Virus record (IMG/VR): IMGVR_UViG_3300033067_002502
Coordinates: 64,001 to 128,000 of that record
Reading direction: 5' to 3' (one strand)
Length of the DNA stretch: 64,000 nt
DNA from: a virus
Taxonomy: Duplodnaviria > Caudoviricetes
A program made the translations under genes and the position numbers. The first letter of the stretch is position 1; each line of letters opens with the position of its first letter. The notes beneath the pieces are model-generated. The model did not search any database, was not told the DNA's origin, and saw only the letters and a list, made by a program, of their open reading frames with translations. Shown piece by piece: positions 8,684 through 15,276 of the stretch.

Positions 8684-9589
8684 ATGCTAGAATTTTTAGA
8701 AAGCGTTAGAAGGACAATATATAGGTGGGTAAATACAACCGTTCCTTTAACGGCTGACTGTTCTTATGGTTCTACTACCGTTACTGTTACTTCGTCAAGA
8801 AGATTCCGTGTTGGTGATGAGGTCTCTATTCATGACGGAGTTAACGGAGAGCCAGGTTTGAGAATTAGCGAAATTCCAGATGATAATACTGTTATTCTTG
8901 TAAGCCCAATTAAAGTTATAACAGGTTGGAGAGTTTCTTCGGGAGCTATGCTTACAAAAACATACGATGGACAATTTGTTCAAGCTTTATATTTAGGAGA
9001 TCCAGATGTTATTCCTCGTTATCCTGCAATAGCGATTCTTGGACAAAAAAGTACATCTGAGTGGTTTACTTTAGGAACAACTAAAGAGAGATATGAATTA
9101 CAAATAGTTGTTTATGCAGAAAATGACGGGCAAGAAGCTTCTTATAAATCTGTTATGCAAATTGCAAACATTATACAGCTTGGACTTAAGAAGAATTTTT
9201 ACCCACTTATTGGTCCTTATGAAACAGTAAATGTTACTGCAAACGTTTCTGATGGAGATCAATTTATAAAAGTTGCAGATTCTTCAATATTTTCATGCGA
9301 AGATAAGATTCTTATTGAAAATGTTTATCAAGCAGAAGAATTAAGGGTTGCAGCGATTCCTGATTCAACAACAATACAAGTTTGGCCTAATATTTTTAAT
9401 GATTATTTAACAACGGATCAATCTAAAATAATTAGATTAACTAGGTTTGTCTATAATTCTTGGCCTAGTAGTGTTGATTATGGATTTAAATACAAAGGGA
9501 CGCTTCTTCATGCAGCAAGTATAAGTTGGTTTGGAGAAGAACAAGAAATACAAACTCGTCATGGATGGTCAGATCCTCAACTTTCTTAA
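8684..9589 (+). CDS. Putative tail terminator/completion protein with two inserted beta domains
   Basis: YLGDPDVIPRYPAIAI...ERYELQIVVY core typical of tail terminators; located between adaptor and tube. Confidence 0.55.
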   Translation: MLEFLESVRRTIYRWVNTTVPLTADCSYGSTTVTVTSSRRFRVGDEVSIHDGVNGEPGLRISEIPDDNTVILVSPIKVITGWRVSSGAMLTKTYDGQFVQALYLGDPDVIPRYPAIAILGQKSTSEWFTLGTTKERYELQIVVYAENDGQEASYKSVMQIANIIQLGLKKNFYPLIGPYETVNVTANVSDGDQFIKVADSSIFSCEDKILIENVYQAEELRVAAIPDSTTIQVWPNIFNDYLTTDQSKIIRLTRFVYNSWPSSVDYGFKYKGTLLHAASISWFGEEQEIQTRHGWSDPQLS

Positions 9590-9594
9590 TAAAT

Positions 9595-9888
9595 ATGTGG
9601 TATAAAAAAGCAAATAATTTAGGATATATGGGTATTGGGCAGACTCCAAAAGCAGGATTACCTGTATTCCTTTGGTGGTGGGACGGAACTTTTCATGTAG
9701 AAAAAACAGATGATCCAAAAAGAGGACATTCTTCTGTTATTCCAGATATGGATAAGGTTATTTGTAGAGGAAGATTTGATCCAAAAACCAATGACGTAAG
9801 TGTAATGGGTAATATTATTGCTAAAGAAGCAATACAAAATATAAAAAGACAGTGGCCTGGATCTAAAATACATGTATTTAGAATATAA
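9595..9888 (+). CDS. Small hypothetical protein starting MWYKKA
   Basis: ATG at 9595 lies just after the upstream stop (the track's 9526 start would overlap it); 97 aa. Confidence 0.65.
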   Translation: MWYKKANNLGYMGIGQTPKAGLPVFLWWWDGTFHVEKTDDPKRGHSSVIPDMDKVICRGRFDPKTNDVSVMGNIIAKEAIQNIKRQWPGSKIHVFRI

Positions 9889-9896
9889 CTGAATAA

Positions 9897-9904
9897 GCCG
9901 ATAA
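9897..9904 (+). promoter_or_regulatory. Candidate promoter -10 element GCCGATAA (sigma28/FliA-type consensus)
   Basis: Exact GCCGATAA in the intergenic gap; GACGATA variants at 1031, 13367 and 15263 in other gaps. Confidence 0.4.
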
Positions 9905-9952
9905 TATTATTGTAAAACTGACCCCGTAAGGTCTTTAAAGGAGAAAGTTCCT

Positions 9953-10525
9953 ATGAAAATAAATGATGGTAGAATAGATAAATCATTATACGCTGCTATA
10001 AGTGACGAATTCCAAAAAACGATGGATGCTTGGAGCGAAAAGTTTGCAGAAATAGAATCTGTAAGGCGAAAAAATAATTTAGAGTTACTTTATCTTAGTA
10101 CCGTAAATTTAATAGATATTGTTAAAAATACGCAAAATTATTTTGAAAAAAATGTTTATCATTCTATGAGTAGATTACAATTTGCTCAATGTTATGGTAC
10201 TGTAAAAGTATGTACCTCAAGAGAGTCTGGTCATACAACAGTAATAAGCAGACTTATAGAAGAAAAATTCAATAAAGTTATTGTTGTTTTGCCTACAATG
10301 AATATGGTAGAAATCTATAAACGATTACCTAGTTTTCAAAATATTAAAAATAAAATTTATTTTTGCAGTCCGAATTGTTTTGAAAGTAAGCTTTTAGGCT
10401 TTTATGATTTTGAAGCAGTTATTGTTGATTGTTCATTTCTTATTTCTCAGTCTAAAATAGATGAATTGTATAAAATAACTTGTTCTGTAATGGATAGACG
10501 ACCTTTATACTTATTTATGGAATAA
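9953..10525 (+). CDS. Small P-loop-fold protein with degenerate Walker motifs
   Basis: SRESGHTT (compare RQxGKT), KVIVVLPT, AVIVDCS; SD AAGGAG. Confidence 0.6.
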   Translation: MKINDGRIDKSLYAAISDEFQKTMDAWSEKFAEIESVRRKNNLELLYLSTVNLIDIVKNTQNYFEKNVYHSMSRLQFAQCYGTVKVCTSRESGHTTVISRLIEEKFNKVIVVLPTMNMVEIYKRLPSFQNIKNKIYFCSPNCFESKLLGFYDFEAVIVDCSFLISQSKIDELYKITCSVMDRRPLYLFME

Positions 10526-11698
10526 ATGATGAAAATATTAACAATTGGAGCTTCTCCTTACCTTCTTGTTCGTAACGGTAAGATTAATGCTGATATTATA
10601 AATAGACTTGTTTTTGAAGGACATGATGTTTCTTCTGCTGTTTGGCATCATGATGAAGGTTATTTTATGCCATCAGAAGAAGGTGTTCATTCTTATGAAA
10701 AAGATAATAAAAATATTTGTCAACTTTATCCTTTTTCTCCTAAAACAGACGAGTCTTCTCCTTTTATTTATGAGTTAATGAAATCTGTTCAGCCTGAAAT
10801 TGTTATAACCATAGGAGATCATAAGGATACTAATTTTTTATATGCTATAAAAGCAATGTATCCTAATTTATTTAAATGGATTGCTATTTATACAATTGAT
10901 TGTAATGGAATACCGTCACAAAATAAAGATGCATTTGAATATGCTGATTATATTATTACAACAAATGAATTTTCTTTGAAGGAAATTTCTTCCTTTGCCA
11001 ATGTTGAAGGATTATTTATTCCATATGGACCAGATAAGGTCTTTAAATATGATAAATCTTCTAAAAGAGATTTAATTTTGTGTTCTTCTAGAAATGCACA
11101 ATCAAGTAATATTGCTTCTTTCTTAAAATCAACTTCTGGTGTTGAATTTTGTAAATTTATTCCATATTTGCATACGAATATGTACGATCCAGGCGATTAC
11201 AGTATAGATAGTCTTAAGGAAAAGTATAAATCAGAGTATTTGCAATATACAACAGATTATTGTTCTATTAAGGAAGGAATTACTGAAAATAAAATGGTAG
11301 AAATATACAATAGATCTGCAATTATTGTGGATTGTTCAATTAAATCAGCTACTGGATTGTCTTTGCTAGAGGGAATGGCTTGTGGGTGTATTCCTGTTGG
11401 CATGGATTATGGAAGAATTGGAGAGATTATATCTCTTATGCCAGAAAAATACAGATTTACTGTTCCTTATAATATTTTTGTTGGTCAGAATGAAGAAGAA
11501 TTTGCAATTATTTGTCCAAACAAACTCAGAATGACATTGCTTGAGATAAAGAATAAAATGGGTGCTTTGCAAGAGGCATCAGAAGCTGCAATAAACGTTG
11601 CAAATATGTTTTCTAACAAATCTTTTGTTGACAAATTGTTAGATATTATTCAAAAAGTACGTTTTTCTAAAGAGTCAATAGCTTTAGATGTTATTTAA
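10526..11698 (+). CDS. Glycosyltransferase, GT-B fold (GT4-like)
   Basis: MKILTIG start, QPEIVITIGD, ADYIITTNEFS, IPYGPD, IYNRSAIIV...GLSLLEGMACGCIPV. Confidence 0.85.
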   Translation: MMKILTIGASPYLLVRNGKINADIINRLVFEGHDVSSAVWHHDEGYFMPSEEGVHSYEKDNKNICQLYPFSPKTDESSPFIYELMKSVQPEIVITIGDHKDTNFLYAIKAMYPNLFKWIAIYTIDCNGIPSQNKDAFEYADYIITTNEFSLKEISSFANVEGLFIPYGPDKVFKYDKSSKRDLILCSSRNAQSSNIASFLKSTSGVEFCKFIPYLHTNMYDPGDYSIDSLKEKYKSEYLQYTTDYCSIKEGITENKMVEIYNRSAIIVDCSIKSATGLSLLEGMACGCIPVGMDYGRIGEIISLMPEKYRFTVPYNIFVGQNEEEFAIICPNKLRMTLLEIKNKMGALQEASEAAINVANMFSNKSFVDKLLDIIQKVRFSKESIALDVI

Positions 11699-11747
11699 AA
11701 TAACATTTACTAAGAAGGATTTGATATATAGACTATTGAAAAAGAGG

Positions 11748-11778
11748 ATACTTCGTGTTCGTAATGAATATGAAGTAT
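11748..11778 (+). promoter_or_regulatory. 13-bp hairpin (terminator or leader stem-loop)
   Basis: ATACTTCGTGTTC-gtaat-GAATATGAAGTAT with two G:U pairs, followed by GGTTTATTATTT, in the intergenic gap. Confidence 0.5.
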
Positions 11779-11822
11779 GGTTTATTATTTAGGATTAAGT
11801 TTAGAAAGAGGAGTCAACAAAA

Positions 11823-12254
11823 ATGGCATCTAATAACGTAATTAGCGGAGTGGATTATTTAGCTATCGCAACTTACTACTCGAATGCAAGAGCTAGTAAT
11901 ACAGGTTCGGTTGACTATTTGTACGAAGCGGTATACAAGATTGTTTTATCTACTCAATTCTATCCAACGATAGATCTAATTAATGAATTCTGGACTAGCT
12001 ATAAGATTAACGCAGATATTTATAGATCTCCGTCTACATATCTTAGTGCTGTTCGAGCAATTAATAATCACGTTGTAAATAGAGCTGGATCAACGGTAAC
12101 TGATGTTAATGATTATCTCATTGAAGAGAATATTACCGTTCCTATGGGGTGGGCAGAACTTTGCAAGAATACAGGAGTTCTTATTTGTCTTACAAGAATT
12201 TCTAATCCAGGTGGAACTACATATGCAGATGGTACAACTATTCCAGCTTGCTAA
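11823..12254 (+). CDS. Hypothetical protein, probably a virion component
   Basis: SD GAGGAG; 143 aa; directly upstream of the tail tube gene. Confidence 0.75.
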   Translation: MASNNVISGVDYLAIATYYSNARASNTGSVDYLYEAVYKIVLSTQFYPTIDLINEFWTSYKINADIYRSPSTYLSAVRAINNHVVNRAGSTVTDVNDYLIEENITVPMGWAELCKNTGVLICLTRISNPGGTTYADGTTIPAC

Positions 12255-12291
12255 GAATGGTTTTTGATTTTAATGTTTAGGAGAATTTTAC

Positions 12292-13350
12292 ATGGCTATA
12301 CCATACGCTCAAATGGGATTTGTTGGGTCTGTTAGATTTAGTGGAGGATCTATTGGACAAGAAATATTTGTTAGGGCTAAGTCTTGCGACATAAGAGCAA
12401 AGCAGGAAATATCTTATCCAGATGTAGTTGATGGTCGTATTGATAGAACTCTTTATCAAATTGGACCAAGAACTGTTGATGGGAATTGCGATTTTCCTCT
12501 AGTTCACGAAGGAATAGTTAATGGAACTCAAAAGAATTGCGGAGAAGGAACTGCCACTTGCGAAACAAATTTAGCTAACAGACTTTGGAATATTGCAGCT
12601 AAAAGAGATCAAGTAGGTAGACTTGTAAATCAATTCAATATAGATGTTCGTTATACAGATAACACTGCTTATAGATATCCAAATTGTATTATAAATACAA
12701 TGAAAATAAATGTTACTCAAAGCGCAGAAGTAAATATGAGCTTTGGAGTTATTGGTGGATCTAATTCTACAGATAATGTTAGAGAAATTATTTCAGAAGA
12801 CAGAGCTCCTGTTTTTATGTCACCTGCTCGTATTGTTACTTGGAATGATTTTAGAATAAATGTTTTTGTTAGAGAAGAAAGCATAACTCTTCCAGGAGCT
12901 TATATTAGGTCATTTGATGTTACTTTAAACAACAATGCAGATCGTTTCTATACATTGAACGGAAAACTAGCTCCTCAAGATATTACAGCAAAAAAGAGAG
13001 CAATTGAAGGAAGTCTTTCTCTTATGGGTTTTGCTAATAAGCAATTTTATGATTTCATCTATAATAATCAAAATCGCTTTACTTCTCAAACTAAGATTCA
13101 GTTCGGATATACTCTTGGAAGTGGATCTGTTCCTTATTGGGCAACCGCTTTATGGGGTGTTATTTTTCAGATTGAAGAAGTTGCTATCAGTAATGAACTC
13201 ATTGAAACAAGAGTTCCTTTTGTTGCTTTAGGTGACTGCGAAAATGATTACGAAGCTATTGAACTAGGAACATGCAATGTTAGCGTCGATAATTCTAACG
13301 CAACATTTGGCGGTCCAACAGCTCCTGGTTACTTTACTCCTTTGAGCTAA
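12292..13350 (+). CDS. Major tail tube protein (two tandem tube domains)
   Basis: IRSFDVTLNNN...FYTLNG...KKRAIEGSLSL tube signature, with an N-terminal echo (SCDIRAKQE...GPRTVDGNCDF); precedes the chaperone and tape measure genes. Confidence 0.8.
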   Translation: MAIPYAQMGFVGSVRFSGGSIGQEIFVRAKSCDIRAKQEISYPDVVDGRIDRTLYQIGPRTVDGNCDFPLVHEGIVNGTQKNCGEGTATCETNLANRLWNIAAKRDQVGRLVNQFNIDVRYTDNTAYRYPNCIINTMKINVTQSAEVNMSFGVIGGSNSTDNVREIISEDRAPVFMSPARIVTWNDFRINVFVREESITLPGAYIRSFDVTLNNNADRFYTLNGKLAPQDITAKKRAIEGSLSLMGFANKQFYDFIYNNQNRFTSQTKIQFGYTLGSGSVPYWATALWGVIFQIEEVAISNELIETRVPFVALGDCENDYEAIELGTCNVSVDNSNATFGGPTAPGYFTPLS

Positions 13351-13436
13351 TCCTTTTTATTAAAATGACGATAGAACTGTGTTCTTAGCTATTCTTTATA
13401 TAAATAGCTACCGTTTATGTTTTTAAGGAGAATTTA

Positions 13437-13877
13437 ATGGCAAAAATGCTTTTTTCAAAAAATGAAGAACTTATAACTATCACTTTGTATTATAAAGTAC
13501 AAACAAATAAATTTGGCGTTAGGCAATATAAGATTCTAGAAGAAGATGAAGCGAAAACAAGGATTTCAGAAGGAGATAAAAATGTTGATATTTTATCTTC
13601 GAAATGGCTAATCCCAACGTGGAAGTCAAATAGTCATCTTATTCGTTCTTCAACTTTTTACAACCCTTCAGATGGTCAAAATAAGGTAGATTGGTCAAAA
13701 TATCAGGATAATGTATTTAAAAATTGTTTAAAAGAATGGGATATTGTTGATGAAAATAATGTTGATGTTCCTATAAATACAGATACTATTGGTTCTTTAC
13801 CAGTGGTTATAGCTTCGGCTCTTCTTAATAAATACGAAAGCAGTTTGGCTTTGGAGGAAGAAGATCAAAAAAAATAA
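13437..13877 (+). CDS. Tail assembly chaperone (lambda gpG-like)
   Basis: LKEWDIVDENNVDVPINTDTIGSLP motif; ends on an A8 run; located between tube and tape measure. Confidence 0.85.
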   Translation: MAKMLFSKNEELITITLYYKVQTNKFGVRQYKILEEDEAKTRISEGDKNVDILSSKWLIPTWKSNSHLIRSSTFYNPSDGQNKVDWSKYQDNVFKNCLKEWDIVDENNVDVPINTDTIGSLPVVIASALLNKYESSLALEEEDQKK

Positions 13878-14110
13878 TATCTGATGCAGCTAGTTTTTTA
13901 GTCGGAAAAAATGAAAACGAAAACGAAATGCATGAATCCGTAAAAGAACATATGCTTGCATCAGAATACGGCTGGACGCTTGAGTATATTAGAGAATTGT
14001 CAATGAAGGACTTCAAAGAACAAATTTTGATATGTTCTATAAAACACAAAATAAAGAATGAACAAATGAAATTTTTAGCAGGAATTAGTGTAGCAAGGGG
14101 TGTTATGTGA
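13437..14110 (+). CDS. Tail assembly chaperone, frameshifted form (gpGT-like)
   Basis: The -1 product joins the chaperone to ...HMLASEYGWTLEYIRELSMKDF, a typical gpT-like segment; ORF 13928 lacks a clear SD of its own. Confidence 0.8.
13868..13874 (+). other. Programmed -1 ribosomal frameshift slippery site A-AAA-AAA
   Basis: CAA AAA AAA TAA; the -1 frame reads IISDAASFLVGKNENENE without a stop into ORF 13928-14110. Confidence 0.85.
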
Positions 14111-14505
14111 ATTTATTTATAGATAAAAATGCAGAAATTACGGTAATTTTATATGTTTACAAGAATGAAGAAAATAAAATAATTTCTTGGACAAAAAATA
14201 ATACAAAAAATAAACCTGAAAATATCAATGAAAATGATTGTGAATCATTTTCTGTTGTTTTTAGAGTGCCTAATTATAAAGATTCAACAGAATTAATTGA
14301 TTCTGGTATACAACTTTCTTCTGATGGAAGTATGAGAATTTCTTCTGGTTCTGCTTCTTTTGGCAAATTCTCAAAATTATTGAAATCATGGGATTTGAAA
14401 GATGAGAAAGGGGAAAATATTCCAGCAATTCCAGAAAATGTTGCTATACTAGAGCCTAGTATTGGAAAATCAATAATTGCAGATTTGGAAAATCAACTTT
14501 CTTGA
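14107..14505 (+). CDS. Second tail-assembly-chaperone-like protein (paralog)
   Basis: LKSWDLKDEKGENIPAIPENVAIL aligns with LKEWDIVDENNVDVPINTDTIGSL; N-termini also align; GTGA overlap. Confidence 0.7.
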   Translation: MNLFIDKNAEITVILYVYKNEENKIISWTKNNTKNKPENINENDCESFSVVFRVPNYKDSTELIDSGIQLSSDGSMRISSGSASFGKFSKLLKSWDLKDEKGENIPAIPENVAILEPSIGKSIIADLENQLS

Positions 14506-14601
14506 TAGTGATAGGTATCTTTTAGGGTTTTTATAAAAAACTGAGCTACACTTTAAAAATAGAGTCATATAGTAGTGGATCATTGAAAGGATGCCGTTTA
14601 T

Positions 14602-15171
14602 ATGCTTGCTTCATTTTATCGTTTTTTGATTAAAATTCACATTTTTGAATATGCAATTTTTTCTTTACTGATTTTAGTCATAATGGCAAAGTCAGTACTA
14701 TTGTCAGCTATGAGCGGACATTCTTTATATGAATGTTTGATTGCTGCTCCTTTTGTTGGGTTGATGATTCCTATTTTACTGGTTCTTGTAAATTCTTTTT
14801 TCTGCATTTTTCAACCACCTGTAATTAGAGTTATTTCTTCTATTTTTGTAATGCCTATCATTTTATGCATAACGGCTTTTGTTTCTGTTCCTATGGCAGG
14901 ATATGTTCCTAAAAGAGAATTTACTTCTCTTTCTAGTGTTGAAAAGAAAGATGTTGAGAAAGATTCAGTAAAAACCATATGGGAAGAGTCTTTGAAGAAT
15001 CCAGGCGGTCCAGAAAGCGAAATGGTAAAAAACTGGGAAAGTTGGAATAAATCACCATATGATTCTCAGTTTGCAGGTTATGATAAAGAAAAAGAATTCG
15101 CTATTGAAAAACAAAGAAAAAATAACGAAGCAATACCATTTGGACTAAAATGGATTTTGAGTACTAAGTAA
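14602..15171 (+). CDS. Membrane protein (about 3 TM helices plus a soluble C-terminus), moron-like
   Basis: Hydrophobic stretches YAIFSLLILVIM, LIAAPFVGLMIPILLVLV, VISSIFVMPIILCITAFV; flanked by about 100-nt gaps and a terminator. Confidence 0.75.
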   Translation: MLASFYRFLIKIHIFEYAIFSLLILVIMAKSVLLSAMSGHSLYECLIAAPFVGLMIPILLVLVNSFFCIFQPPVIRVISSIFVMPIILCITAFVSVPMAGYVPKREFTSLSSVEKKDVEKDSVKTIWEESLKNPGGPESEMVKNWESWNKSPYDSQFAGYDKEKEFAIEKQRKNNEAIPFGLKWILSTK

Positions 15172-15201
15172 ATATTTATACAAGCATTATTATGATAATA
15201 T

Positions 15202-15237
15202 AATCCGTTAATCCATTCAAGGATTGGCGGATTTTTT
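15202..15237 (+). terminator. Rho-independent terminator
   Basis: AATCCGTTAATCC-attcaa-GGATTGGCGGATT (13 bp, two G:U pairs) running into TTTTTT. Confidence 0.75.
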
Positions 15238-15276
15238 ATTGTATTTAAAATACCAAATATAGGACGATAAATAAAT

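Noticed and set aside
13928-14110. Independent 60-aa gene
   Set aside because: Better explained as the -1 frameshift extension of the chaperone; the frame is open from the slippery site and lacks a clear SD
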